This document shows positions 9,632 to 19,584 of a stretch of DNA of 64,000 bases, one piece after another. Made by a program: the position numbers and the translations under genes. Every line of letters begins with the position of its first letter. The stretch's first letter is position 1. Source of the stretch: an uncultured Pelagibacteraceae bacterium (lineage in GTDB: Bacteria > Pseudomonadota > Alphaproteobacteria > Pelagibacterales > Pelagibacteraceae). Below the pieces are notes generated by a model. That model was not told the DNA's origin. It worked only from the letters and a program-made list of their open reading frames with translations, and ran no database searches. Location: contig CACPOX010000004.1 of NCBI GenBank assembly GCA_902635665.1, positions 5,616-69,615 on the forward strand. Reading direction: 5' to 3'.

Positions 9632-10496
9632 TTTTTAGAAAAAATTTTTTTAGGTGATTTATAGTTTGTTTAGGACTTTCCTCTGGAATGAAATGATCTG
9701 AGTTAATTTCTGCACCATAGATTTTTTTATTTGTATATTTTTGCCAAATTTTAATCGAATTAAATTGCTTTCCAACTACTCCTTTTTTTCCCCACAAAAC
9801 TTGGATAGGAATATTTAATTTTTTATTTCTATCTTTTTTATCGTGCTCTAAGTCTATAGTCGCCGCAGCTCTATAATCTTCACATGTTGCATGAATTCTT
9901 TTATTTTGTTTAAAGGCTCTAAAATATTCATCTTCAACTCTTCCAATCGCACGTTTAGATGACCTATTAAACCGACTATGTAGCCATCTTTTAGGGTCTG
10001 CCATTATCATTTTCTCCGGTAAAGGTGCAGGCTGTATTAAATAAAACCAATGAAAATATCCTTTTGCAAATTTCATATTTGTATGCTCGTACATATCAAG
10101 AGTTGGACAAATATCTAATACACTTAAAGCCATAATTTTATTTCTATAATCTCTTGCCATTCTGTGTGCAACTCTTCCACCCCTATCATGTCCAGCAACA
10201 AAAAATTTTTTAAAATTTAATTTATTCATCAACTGAACCATATCTTTTGCCATTTCTCTTTTAGAATAATTTTTATGATTAATTCCACCAGGCAAAACCA
10301 AACTGTCCCCGTATCCTCTAAGATCAGCAACTATTACCGTGAAATATTTGCTAAGTTCAGGGGCAGTCTTGTGCCACATTACATGTGATTGTGGATATCC
10401 GTGAAGTAGCAATAAAGGAGGACCATTACCTTTAAATCTACAAAATATTTTACCCTTTTTTACCTTAACAAATTTTTTTTTAAATTCCTTGAACAT
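9609..10496 (-). CDS. alpha/beta hydrolase, haloacetate (fluoroacetate) dehalogenase-like
   Basis: LLHGYPQ, DLRGYGDS, GHDRGGRVAHR, YFHW, CEDYRA and HFIPEE motifs. Confidence 0.85.
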   Translation of the reverse strand: MFKEFKKKFVKVKKGKIFCRFKGNGPPLLLLHGYPQSHVMWHKTAPELSKYFTVIVADLRGYGDSLVLPGGINHKNYSKREMAKDMVQLMNKLNFKKFFVAGHDRGGRVAHRMARDYRNKIMALSVLDICPTLDMYEHTNMKFAKGYFHWFYLIQPAPLPEKMIMADPKRWLHSRFNRSSKRAIGRVEDEYFRAFKQNKRIHATCEDYRAAATIDLEHDKKDRNKKLNIPIQVLWGKKGVVGKQFNSIKIWQKYTNKKIYGAEINSDHFIPEESPKQTINHLKKFFLKNVKNNSK

Positions 10497-10507
10497 GATT
10501 AAACTAT

Positions 10508-10783
10508 TTAATTATTTAATAGTTTGTTTTTGGCTTTTTCAAATTCCTCTTGAGAAATAATTCCTTTTTCTTTTAAATCATTCAATTTAGTAAGTTCATC
10601 ACTTAAATTGCTGCTTTGTTCATCAGAAGCCTCGCTTGTCTCCCCACCCTCACTTTCAGCTTCCTCTTTCTCAGCTCTATTAGCTTCCTTAGATTTAAAA
10701 CCATTCATAATTGCCATTCCGCCTAAGTATAAAACATAAGCCATAATAGGAATAACCAATCCAAAAAAAATTATTTTTTCCAT
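10508..10783 (-). CDS. SHOCT-domain membrane-anchored protein
   Basis: N-terminal TM helix, acidic linker, C-terminal ELTKLNDLKEKGIISQEEFEKAKNKLL. Confidence 0.8.
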   Translation of the reverse strand: MEKIIFFGLVIPIMAYVLYLGGMAIMNGFKSKEANRAEKEEAESEGGETSEASDEQSSNLSDELTKLNDLKEKGIISQEEFEKAKNKLLNN

Positions 10784-10786
10784 AAT

Positions 10787-10990
10787 TTAATCTTCATCTT
10801 CTTCACGCCAGTTTTTTTCATACATTAAATATGCAGCGTATATTACTGATACTGTACCTACAATCATACCATAGTCAAAACCAGTTTGCTTGTCATGCAA
10901 ATACCAACCTAGCTGAGTTGCCCCAATAGGTGGAACAGTAAGAAGCAAAAAAATTATACCAAATCTGTATGGTCGCTTAGGTTTTTTCAT
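10787..10990 (-). CDS. small hypothetical membrane protein
   Basis: 67 aa, two hydrophobic segments, AGG Shine-Dalgarno-like bases immediately upstream. Confidence 0.7.
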   Translation of the reverse strand: MKKPKRPYRFGIIFLLLTVPPIGATQLGWYLHDKQTGFDYGMIVGTVSVIYAAYLMYEKNWREEDED

Positions 10991-11028
10991 CCTAACAAAT
11001 TAACAGATTACAGCTTATGGTTTAATTA

Positions 11029-11874
11029 CTAAATTTGCGATCTTTTGAAACAGTCAATCGTATTTTTAAGCAAACAAGCAATGGTCATTGGACCTACACC
11101 GCCTGGAACTGGTGTAAGTGCTTTTGCATTTTTTGAAACTTCATCAAAATGAACATCACCGACTATACCGTTGTCAGTTTTATTTATACCAACATCAATA
11201 ACAATAGTATCTTTCTTAACCCAATCTCCTCTAACAAGTTCGGGTATACCTACAGCTGCAACAATTATATCTACCTCTAAACATTCAGCTTTTAAATCTT
11301 TAGTTTTTGAATGAGTTATAGTTACAGTGCAATTTTCTTTTAAAAGAAGTTGTGTCATTGGTTTACCATTTAAATTTGATCTACCTACAACTACAGCTTT
11401 TTTTCCGCTTAAATTTGGTTCAATTTTTTTTATCAACAAATAACATCCAAGCGGTGTGCAAGGTACCGAGCTCTCATAACCAGATGAAAGATTACCTACA
11501 TTCATTGGATGAAATCCATCCACATCCTTTGAAGGATCAATTGCCTCGATAACTTTTTGTTTATCAATATGTTTAGGTAAAGGAAGTTGAACTAAAATTC
11601 CTGAAACAGTTTCATCACTATTTAATTCTTTAATTTTTTCTAAAACAGTCTTTTCTTCAACTGAGTCTGGATATTTAATAACTTCCGATTTTAACCCTAC
11701 CTCATTTGCCGATTTCTCTTTATTTCTTACATAAATCTGACTAGGTGTTAAATCACCAATAAGTATAACAGTTAAACCTGGTACTTTATTATGTTTTGCT
11801 TTTAACTCTGTAACTTCTTGCTTTAGCTCTGCTCTTAATTCAGCAGCTGCTTTTTTTCCATCAATTAAAATCAT
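11029..11874 (-). CDS. folD: bifunctional methylene-THF dehydrogenase/cyclohydrolase
   Basis: YVRNK, GILVQLPLP, KDVDGFHP, PCTP and TPVPGGVGPMT motifs. Confidence 0.96.
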   Translation of the reverse strand: MILIDGKKAAAELRAELKQEVTELKAKHNKVPGLTVILIGDLTPSQIYVRNKEKSANEVGLKSEVIKYPDSVEEKTVLEKIKELNSDETVSGILVQLPLPKHIDKQKVIEAIDPSKDVDGFHPMNVGNLSSGYESSVPCTPLGCYLLIKKIEPNLSGKKAVVVGRSNLNGKPMTQLLLKENCTVTITHSKTKDLKAECLEVDIIVAAVGIPELVRGDWVKKDTIVIDVGINKTDNGIVGDVHFDEVSKNAKALTPVPGGVGPMTIACLLKNTIDCFKRSQI

Positions 11875-11943
11875 AATCTAAAATAATTATTAAGTTAAAG
11901 GTTACTACACATTTAGAATAAAATTTTCAATGCAATATTAAGA

Positions 11944-12222
11944 TTAACCAAAATATTCAAATATTAAATTTCTTATGAAATAAAGCAAAAAAATTAACAA
12001 TACAGGAGAAATATCTATTGATCCAAAATTTGGCAAATATCTTCTTATAATATTTAACGGAGGTGCCGTAATTTTATAGGAAAATTCATATACCATATAA
12101 ACAAACTTATTTTGAGCATTTAAAATACTAAACCCTATTAACCAACTTAGGACTACGTTTATTATGAGTATCCAAATAAAAAAACTAATTAAATTATCAA
12201 ATAAAATTAACAAAGATTGCAT
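11944..12222 (-). CDS. yggT: YggT family membrane protein
   Basis: LSW...IT.P.L..IRR.LP..G.IDISP pattern. Confidence 0.88.
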   Translation of the reverse strand: MQSLLILFDNLISFFIWILIINVVLSWLIGFSILNAQNKFVYMVYEFSYKITAPPLNIIRRYLPNFGSIDISPVLLIFLLYFIRNLIFEYFG

Positions 12223-13307
12223 TATTTTTTCTCAACGTAAATCGACTGACTTGGGAAAGCAAATGAAGCACCATTTTTTTCTACAATTTCCTTAATCGCA
12301 ATTGCTAATCTTTCTTTTACATCAAGCCAGTTATTCCAACTTCCTGTTTTTGTAAAGCATCTTACATACATATCTATTGAACTATCAGAAAATTTATCAA
12401 CTCTTACCGCAACTCCAATTGTGGTATTATAATCTTCGCTTGAATTAATATGACTTTCGATTTCATCTCTAATTTTTTTTAACTGATCTACCGTAGTGTC
12501 ATATTGAAGTGTAATAATCCAACTGATTAACCAATTTGAAGTTTCACTTACATTTACAACTGCATTTTCGGCAAATTGAAAATTTGGAATAATAGCAAGA
12601 GATTTATCAAACTTTCTAATTGTTGTTGATCTAAATCCAATCTTTTCTACTACACCTTCAATAATACCCTCGACAGCTATCCAGTCTCCAATTTTAAATC
12701 TCTTTTCAACTAAAACTAAAATTCCTGATATTAAATTTTTGAATAAATCTTGTGCCCCTAATGCTACAGCAACACCAAACAATCCAAGACCTGCAATGAT
12801 TGGACCTATTTTAATTCCCCACAATTCTAAAACTGCTGCTAAACCTAAAATAAAAATTAAAATTTTTAGTGATTTAATTATCCAGCCAATAAGTTCTCTT
12901 GTTAACAATTTGTCTAAACCACTAAGTATGTATGAGATTGGTTCTATGATTTGGTGAATTACCCAAAAAATTAAAATAGTGATCAGCGTTCTATTAATTG
13001 TATCTACCACTTCTCTTCCTTCTAGTGAGAAAGTCATGTAGTAGCTTGCAATAAAAAATCCTAATACAATTGGTAAAAATCTTGCTGGACCTACAAGTGA
13101 TTGAACAAAAGTATCATCTAATTTATTCGTTGTTCTTTTCGAGATAATTTCTAATTTTTTAATAACTAATTTGCTTATTAGACCTCTAAAAATTAAGAAT
13201 AGTAAAAATATTCCAATACCAATTAAGATTTGAAAAATATCAACACCAAGAATTCCTTTATTCCATACTGATAAAAATATCTCCGAAAAATTATTAATTA
13301 ATTCCAT
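12222..13307 (-). CDS. MscS family mechanosensitive channel
   Basis: AGLGLFGVAVALGAQDLFKNLISG, FKIGDWI, GVVEKIGFRST, IPN and FAFP motifs. Confidence 0.9.
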   Translation of the reverse strand: MELINNFSEIFLSVWNKGILGVDIFQILIGIGIFLLFLIFRGLISKLVIKKLEIISKRTTNKLDDTFVQSLVGPARFLPIVLGFFIASYYMTFSLEGREVVDTINRTLITILIFWVIHQIIEPISYILSGLDKLLTRELIGWIIKSLKILIFILGLAAVLELWGIKIGPIIAGLGLFGVAVALGAQDLFKNLISGILVLVEKRFKIGDWIAVEGIIEGVVEKIGFRSTTIRKFDKSLAIIPNFQFAENAVVNVSETSNWLISWIITLQYDTTVDQLKKIRDEIESHINSSEDYNTTIGVAVRVDKFSDSSIDMYVRCFTKTGSWNNWLDVKERLAIAIKEIVEKNGASFAFPSQSIYVEKK

Positions 13308-13309
13308 TT

Positions 13310-14008
13310 CTAAATTTTATATAACAAAAACTCTTCTTCTCCAGGGTTAAAAAGAAAAATCTTTTTCCATTTGATTTCGTTCAGTATTGACGAGGTTTTT
13401 TCGCCTATACACATCAAATTTGTATTCATCCATAAATTTTCGGTTTGGTAAATCTTTATGAAATTTAAGAAACTTGACGCACTATTTTGAGAGTAAACAT
13501 AGACCATATCAGGCATATTTAATTTTAATTCATTAACAAATTTCTCATCAAATTTTTGATTATGATCTACTCTGTAATTAATAATTCTTTTTACCTTAAA
13601 ACCTTCGCTTAATAACTGTTGATCTAAATCAACCGATATTGTTTCACCACTAATGTAAAGTAATTCTTTATTTTTGGACTCATAACTTTGTATAATCAAC
13701 TCCTTTAAGTTTGTAACATTTCCTTCAGCCGCAATTGTATTTTGAAAACCAACACTTCTTGCTTTGTTTTCTGTAGCGTTTCCAACACAAAAGCATTTAA
13801 TATTTTTATCTAATTTTACTGTTTTTAAAAATTTTACTGCATTTGCACTAGTAAAAACAATTCCACCATATTCAGAAAAGTTAATTTCTTCATAATTAAC
13901 CTTTTCAATTCTTATTAATGGGAGATGAGAAACTTGATGGCCTAAGGATTGAAATTTTAATATCATATCTGAGCAATCTTCGAGTGGTCTAGTTAACAAA
14001 ATATGCAT
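13310..14008 (-). CDS. hemD: uroporphyrinogen-III synthase
   Basis: ILLTRP, FTSANAV, CVGNAT; directly downstream of hemC. Confidence 0.9.
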   Translation of the reverse strand: MHILLTRPLEDCSDMILKFQSLGHQVSHLPLIRIEKVNYEEINFSEYGGIVFTSANAVKFLKTVKLDKNIKCFCVGNATENKARSVGFQNTIAAEGNVTNLKELIIQSYESKNKELLYISGETISVDLDQQLLSEGFKVKRIINYRVDHNQKFDEKFVNELKLNMPDMVYVYSQNSASSFLNFIKIYQTENLWMNTNLMCIGEKTSSILNEIKWKKIFLFNPGEEEFLLYKI

Positions 14009-14009
14009 A

Positions 14010-14927
14010 TTATCTTTTATATGAATTATTTGATTTTGTTTTTAAAAGTATTCCAATCTCTTTACCAATTTCTTTAAACTCATTCAAATTACCAACTTTT
14101 TTTTCATAAAACCTTTGTTTACCATCTAAAGAAAAAAGTTCAGCCTCCACTATAATCTTATCTCCATCAACCACTGAATGAGCACCAATTGCTGTTTCAC
14201 AATCTCCATCTAAAACTTTTAAAATATTTCTCTCAAGGTGAGCTCTTTTATGTGTTTCCTCATGATTAATTTTGTTTAAAATAGAAATTGTCTCATCATC
14301 ATTCTCCCTACACTGAAGAGCAATAACGCCTTGTCCTGCACTAGGAATTATTTCTTCAGCTGAAAAAATTTCTGAGATTTCATTTTCAAATTTTAAAAAT
14401 TTGACACCAGCATAAGACAAAATAATTGCATCATACATCCCTTCATTCAATTTTCTAATTCTGGTATCTACATTTCCTCTAATTAGTTTACAGTTCAAAT
14501 CTTGTCTAATTTTTTTTATTTGAAATTCTCTTCTGTATGATGAAGTACCAACAATTGACTTTTGATCTAAGTCTTTAAGTTTTTTTTTGTTCTTTGTAAT
14601 TAAAATCTCTCTAGGGTCATTTCTTTCTAGGAAAGAGTCTGTTGTTAATCCTTTTGTTTCATTAGCAGGCATATCTTTCAGTGCATGGACTGCAATATCA
14701 ATATTTTTTAACTGAAGTTCTTTTTCAATATTACTAGAAAACAAACCTTTGCCACCAAGCTCAGATAATCTAATATCCTGTACTTCGTCACCTTTGGTTG
14801 TAATTGATTTAATTAAAATATCTTCATTGCCAAGGTCGGTATTTTCAATAATCTTATCTTTAGCTTGTTGAGCATAAAGTAAGGCAAGCTTGCTACCCCT
14901 AGATCCAATTATTATTTTTTTTCTCAT
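14010..14927 (-). CDS. hemC: hydroxymethylbilane synthase
   Basis: GSRGSKLAL, GGKGLF, DIAVHALKDMP, IRGNVDTR and LDGDC motifs. Confidence 0.96.
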   Translation of the reverse strand: MRKKIIIGSRGSKLALLYAQQAKDKIIENTDLGNEDILIKSITTKGDEVQDIRLSELGGKGLFSSNIEKELQLKNIDIAVHALKDMPANETKGLTTDSFLERNDPREILITKNKKKLKDLDQKSIVGTSSYRREFQIKKIRQDLNCKLIRGNVDTRIRKLNEGMYDAIILSYAGVKFLKFENEISEIFSAEEIIPSAGQGVIALQCRENDDETISILNKINHEETHKRAHLERNILKVLDGDCETAIGAHSVVDGDKIIVEAELFSLDGKQRFYEKKVGNLNEFKEIGKEIGILLKTKSNNSYKR

Positions 14928-14981
14928 AAAAAATTATTTCTTACTTGTATAAAGATTGTACAATTATTAAAAACTATTTGA

Positions 14982-16055
14982 ATGAGCAAAAAACCCTTAA
15001 TTCTTGGAATAGAGTCTAGTTGTGATGAAACAGCAGCTTCTTTAATAACTGAAAATGAAGAAGGATTCCCAGTAGTTTTATCCAACATTGTTTCTAGTCA
15101 AGTGGAGGTTCATAGGGAGTTTGGTGGTGTAGTTCCTGAACTAGCAGCACGTTCACACATTGAAAAAATTGATTGGATTGTCAAAAAAGCTATTGATGAA
15201 AGTGGAAGAAAAATTGAAGAAATAGATGCGGTTGCTTCTACCGCTGGTCCTGGATTAATTGTTTGTTTATCAGTTGGGTTAAGTTTTGGTAAAGCTTTCG
15301 CAACAGCAATGAATAAACCTTTTATTGCTGTTAATCATTTAGAGGGACATGCTCTAAGTCCAAAACTAAATACAAATTTAAATTATCCATATTTACTTCT
15401 TTTAATTTCAGGTGGGCACTCACAATATTTAAGTGTTCAGAACCTTGGTAAATATAAAAGATTAGGAACAACTATTGATGATGCATTAGGTGAGGCGTTT
15501 GACAAAACGGCAAAGCTTTTAGGAATAGAATTTCCAGGAGGACCTCAAATAGAAATTTTAGCTAAAAAAGGTGATCCAGAAAAATATGATTTGCCAAAAC
15601 CAATTTTTAGCAAAGGAGGATGCAATCTTTCTTTTGCAGGTCTAAAAACTGCCGTGTTAAAAATAAGCAAAACAATTAAATCAGAACAAGATAAATATGA
15701 TCTTGCAGCATCTTTTCAAAAAACAATTGAGGAAATTTTATATAAAAAAACAAAGATTGCTTTTACTGAATTTGAAAAAATAAATGAATTAAATGAAAAA
15801 ATTTTCGTTGTTGCTGGAGGAGTTGCAGCAAATAAAAAAATTAGGTCTATGTTAATTAATCTATGTGAAGAAAATAATTATAAAAGTATTTTTCCACCTA
15901 TAGAGTTTTGTGGAGATAATGCAGCAATGATTGCAATGGTAGGTTTAGAAAAATTTAAAATAAATCAATTTAATAATTTAGATTATCCAGCAAAACCTAG
16001 ATGGCCTTTAGATGAAGATGCAACTTTTCTTAAAGGTGCTGGAGTTCAATTATAA
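14982..16055 (+). CDS. tsaD: tRNA N6-adenosine threonylcarbamoyltransferase
   Basis: LGIESSCDETAA, GGVVPELAARSH, HLEGH, SGGHS and DNAAMIA motifs. Confidence 0.96.
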   Translation: MSKKPLILGIESSCDETAASLITENEEGFPVVLSNIVSSQVEVHREFGGVVPELAARSHIEKIDWIVKKAIDESGRKIEEIDAVASTAGPGLIVCLSVGLSFGKAFATAMNKPFIAVNHLEGHALSPKLNTNLNYPYLLLLISGGHSQYLSVQNLGKYKRLGTTIDDALGEAFDKTAKLLGIEFPGGPQIEILAKKGDPEKYDLPKPIFSKGGCNLSFAGLKTAVLKISKTIKSEQDKYDLAASFQKTIEEILYKKTKIAFTEFEKINELNEKIFVVAGGVAANKKIRSMLINLCEENNYKSIFPPIEFCGDNAAMIAMVGLEKFKINQFNNLDYPAKPRWPLDEDATFLKGAGVQL

Positions 16056-16468
16056 TGCAATATTGGTTGATGAAATCTGAACCAGATGTTTGGTCAATTG
16101 ATCAGCAAAAAAAAGCTGGAATTAAAGGTTCACCTTGGGATGGTGTCAGAAATTATCAAGCTGCAAAAAATTTAAAAAGTATGAGGAAAGGAGATCTATG
16201 TTTTTTTTATCATTCAAATATTGGAAAAGAGATAGTTGGAATAGTAAAAGTTATTAAAGAATCTTATATAGATAAAACAGACAAAACAGGGAAGTTTGTT
16301 GCCGTTACTGTTCAATTTAAGTCTAAATTTTTAAAGCCTATAACACTCGAAAGCATTAAAAAAAATAAGGATTTAAGCCATTTAGCTCTTATAAAGCAAA
16401 GCAGGCTTTCTGTAATGCCTGTTGATTATAAAAGCTGGAAAATTATAAATAACATGAGTAGAATTTAA
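16055..16468 (+). CDS. EVE domain protein
   Basis: YWLMKSEP, WDGVRNYQA, FFYHS and RLSVMPV motifs. Confidence 0.92.
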   Translation: MQYWLMKSEPDVWSIDQQKKAGIKGSPWDGVRNYQAAKNLKSMRKGDLCFFYHSNIGKEIVGIVKVIKESYIDKTDKTGKFVAVTVQFKSKFLKPITLESIKKNKDLSHLALIKQSRLSVMPVDYKSWKIINNMSRI

Positions 16469-16483
16469 AAAAAAAATTATCCT

Positions 16484-16627
16484 ATGCCAAAAAAAAAGAA
16501 AAAGAAAAGCAAGGTAAGAAAAAAAAAGTCTAAAGTTAGAAAAAAAACCTCAAAAAAGGTGAAGAGAAGATCTAAAGTTAGAAAAAGATCTTCTAAAAAA
16601 GTAAAAAAAAGAATTAAATCAAAAAAA
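16484..16627 (+). repeat. low-complexity basic repeat (SKVRK units) at the start of acs
   Basis: SKVRK occurs three times; tctaaagttagaaaaa occurs twice at DNA level. Confidence 0.8.
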
Positions 16628-18580
16628 GAAAGCGGAAATACAGCTCCTGAAGTCGTTATTAAAACAAAACCAGAATGGATTAAAAGTAGCTTAGCAAATA
16701 AAATTAAATATCAACAAAAATATTCTCAATCTATAAAGAGTAATGATGAATTTTGGAGAAAAGAGGGAAAAAGAATTACTTGGATAAAACCATATAAAAA
16801 AATTAAAGATGTAAAATACAGTACAAAAGAGGTAAAAATTAAATGGTTTGAAGATGGAACTTTAAATGCCTCTGCAAATTGTATTGATAGACATTTAAAA
16901 GATAAAAAAGATAAAACTGCAATCATTTGGGTAGGAGATGATCCAAAAGATAGTCAAAAAATTTCTTATAAACAACTTCACCAGAAAGTTTCTAAAGCAG
17001 CAAATGGTTTAAAAAAATTGGGAATTAAAAAAGGTGACCGTGTAACAATTTATTTAACAATGATACCAGAGCTAGCAATTTTAATGCTAGCTTGTGTAAG
17101 AATTGGTGCAGTTCATTCAATTATTTTTGGAGGGTTCTCCGCAGATTCCATATCTGGTAGAGTCAATGACTGTGAGTCTGAATATATTATTACAGCTGAT
17201 GAAGGTGTAAGAGGTGGTAAAACTATTCCACTTAAATATACAGTTGATGATGCATTAGTTAATTGTCCTAATGTTAAAAAATGTGTTGTGGTTAAACGTA
17301 CTGGAAATTATGTACATTGGCATAACGATAGAGATGTTTGGTATCATGATTTGATAAAGGATGTATCGAGCCATTGTGAGCCAGAAGAAATGAGTGCAGA
17401 AGATCCTTTGTTTATCTTATATACATCTGGCTCAACTGGCAAACCTAAAGGAGTTCTTCATACTACTGGAGGTTATATGGTTTATGCATCAATGACACAT
17501 CAATATATTTTTAACTATAAACCAAAAGATATTTACTGGTGTACTGCTGATATTGGTTGGGTAACTGGACATAGTTATATTATTTATGGACCTCTTTCGA
17601 ATGGTGCAACGACAATAATGTTTGAGGGAATTCCAAATTATCCTGATAGTTCTAGATGGTGGCAAATAGTTGATAAATATAAAGTAAATACTTTTTATAC
17701 TGCACCAACTGCAATTAGAGCATTAATGCGTGAGGGAGATAAACCAGTTAAAAAAACCTCAAGAAAATCTCTTAAACTTTTAGGAACGGTAGGAGAACCA
17801 ATAAATCCAGAGGCTTGGATGTGGTATTATAAAACTGTGGGTAATTCTAAATGCCCAATTGTCGATACTTGGTGGCAAACGGAAACTGGAGGTATAATGA
17901 TTGCTCCTCAAACGGGCGCTATTCCTCTAAAACCTGGTTCTGCAACAAAACCATTCTATGGAATTAAGCCTATACTTGTTGATAAGAACGGTAAAGAAAT
18001 AAAAGGTGCTGGTGAGGGGAGGCTTTGTATCTCGCAATCTTGGCCTGGACAAATGAGAACAGTATATGGTGATCATCAAAGATTTATTGATACATATTTT
18101 TCTCAATTTAATGGAAAGTATTTTACTGGTGATGGCTGTAGGAGAGATAAAGATGGATACTATTGGATTACAGGAAGAGTTGATGATGTAATTATAGTTT
18201 CTGGCCATAATTTAGGAACGGCTGAAATCGAAAGTGCATTTGTAGCTCATCCTAAAGTAGCTGAAGCAGCTGTAGTTGGTTATCCTCATGATATTAAAGG
18301 CAATGGTTTATATTGCTACGTAACCTTAAATGTAGGGGAAAAAGAAAATGGAGAGCTTGAAAGAGATCTTAAATTATGGGTTAGAAAACAAATAGGTCCT
18401 TTGGCAACGCCAGATCTAATTCACTTTACTCCTGGTCTACCAAAAACTAGATCTGGAAAAATAATGAGAAGAATTTTAAGAAAAATTGCAGCTAATGAAC
18501 ATGGTCAATTAGGAGATACAACTACTTTGGCTGATCCAAGTGTTGTAGACAGTTTAGTTAATAATAGAAAAAATATTTAA
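16484..18580 (+). CDS. acs: acetyl-CoA synthetase with a Lys/Arg-rich N-terminal extension
   Basis: [26 protein letters not shown] and [11 protein letters not shown] motifs. Confidence 0.95.
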   Translation: MPKKKKKKSKVRKKKSKVRKKTSKKVKRRSKVRKRSSKKVKKRIKSKKESGNTAPEVVIKTKPEWIKSSLANKIKYQQKYSQSIKSNDEFWRKEGKRITWIKPYKKIKDVKYSTKEVKIKWFEDGTLNASANCIDRHLKDKKDKTAIIWVGDDPKDSQKISYKQLHQKVSKAANGLKKLGIKKGDRVTIYLTMIPELAILMLACVRIGAVHSIIFGGFSADSISGRVNDCESEYIITADEGVRGGKTIPLKYTVDDALVNCPNVKKCVVVKRTGNYVHWHNDRDVWYHDLIKDVSSHCEPEEMSAEDPLFILYTSGSTGKPKGVLHTTGGYMVYASMTHQYIFNYKPKDIYWCTADIGWVTGHSYIIYGPLSNGATTIMFEGIPNYPDSSRWWQIVDKYKVNTFYTAPTAIRALMREGDKPVKKTSRKSLKLLGTVGEPINPEAWMWYYKTVGNSKCPIVDTWWQTETGGIMIAPQTGAIPLKPGSATKPFYGIKPILVDKNGKEIKGAGEGRLCISQSWPGQMRTVYGDHQRFIDTYFSQFNGKYFTGDGCRRDKDGYYWITGRVDDVIIVSGHNLGTAEIESAFVAHPKVAEAAVVGYPHDIKGNGLYCYVTLNVGEKENGELERDLKLWVRKQIGPLATPDLIHFTPGLPKTRSGKIMRRILRKIAANEHGQLGDTTTLADPSVVDSLVNNRKNI

Positions 18581-19200
18581 AACTGTATTCTTTCTATAAA
18601 CTCTTTTTTAATTATCTCCCATTTTAAAATTACAGAGTTTAAAACTATTTTTCTATCCAATGTTTTTAATTCCTCTGCAATTGGTGCCCATTTATATAAT
18701 GCTAGAGCACTTTGATTAAATGGAAGATCTTGATTATGCTGTTCCCAGTTAACTAAACGAAATCTTTCATCAAAATTTTTTTTTGCTTCCTTTATGATAT
18801 TTGTAGGCATGCCATTAGTAGTTTCATCATCTAAGATTTTAAAAAAAATTTCTTTAGCCATATTTTCCTCTGAAAAATTAAAGTTAACTTTTAAATAAGA
18901 AAATGTAAAAAAAGTTAAATCTTGTAGCGCAACCGCATAAATATTCCACTTAGCTACATTAACAGATTTCATGAACTCATCATTATCAAAATGAAGGACA
19001 TATCTGGTACCCATTCTAGTTTTTAGATAACTATAAAGCGTGACCTGCGATACCCATGCAGATTTTGTTTGAATAAAATTTTCCAACTGATCAAAATTTT
19101 TAATTTTTTGTTTGGGGATAAAAGATTTAAATAATGAAAAAAAATAAACTCTAAAATCATTAAGAGATAAGTCTTTCCAAGAAAGTTTTTTATTAGTCAT
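18577..19200 (-). CDS. hypothetical protein
   Basis: 207-aa ORF filling the space between acs and the symporter operon; no motif recognised. Confidence 0.75.
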   Translation of the reverse strand: MTNKKLSWKDLSLNDFRVYFFSLFKSFIPKQKIKNFDQLENFIQTKSAWVSQVTLYSYLKTRMGTRYVLHFDNDEFMKSVNVAKWNIYAVALQDLTFFTFSYLKVNFNFSEENMAKEIFFKILDDETTNGMPTNIIKEAKKNFDERFRLVNWEQHNQDLPFNQSALALYKWAPIAEELKTLDRKIVLNSVILKWEIIKKEFIERIQF

Positions 19201-19320
19201 AGAAGTCTATTTTTATTGGAATTTATTGCAAAAAATAACCTAATATGCCCAATTTTAATACTTTTATTCTGCTTCAGAATGGTTATGGTTTTATAGTTAT
19301 AACTAAATAGAGAGGTTAAA

Positions 19321-19584
19321 ATGGCAACAAATAATGAAAAACATTGGGATAAAACCAAAGGTTTGCTAATGGTTACATTGGCAATTTGGGCAATATTCTC
19401 AATGGGAATATTTCTCTTTGGAGCTCAGATGAATGAAGTTACTGGACCTTTTGGATATCCTTTAACATATTGGTTCACTTGTCAGGGTTCTCTTGCAATA
19501 TTTGTGATACTTATTTTTTGGTTTGCAAACAGGCAAGAAAAAATTGACGAAGAATTTGGCTTCAGCGAGAGAGGAGAAGATTAA
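19321..19584 (+). CDS. DUF4212 family small subunit of solute:sodium symporter
   Basis: GYPLTYWFTCQGS motif, 2 TM helices, GAGG RBS, coupled to the SSS gene. Confidence 0.88.
   Translation: MATNNEKHWDKTKGLLMVTLAIWAIFSMGIFLFGAQMNEVTGPFGYPLTYWFTCQGSLAIFVILIFWFANRQEKIDEEFGFSERGED

Noticed and set aside
16055-16468. EVE domain protein as a modification-dependent defence component
   Set aside because: Stand-alone EVE near tsaD is a usual alphaproteobacterial arrangement; no nuclease or toxin partner adjacent
16484-16627. Repeats at the acs start as a CRISPR-like or phase-variable array
   Set aside because: Repeats are short, degenerate, in frame and lack spacers; no cas genes; the frame is intact across the A runs
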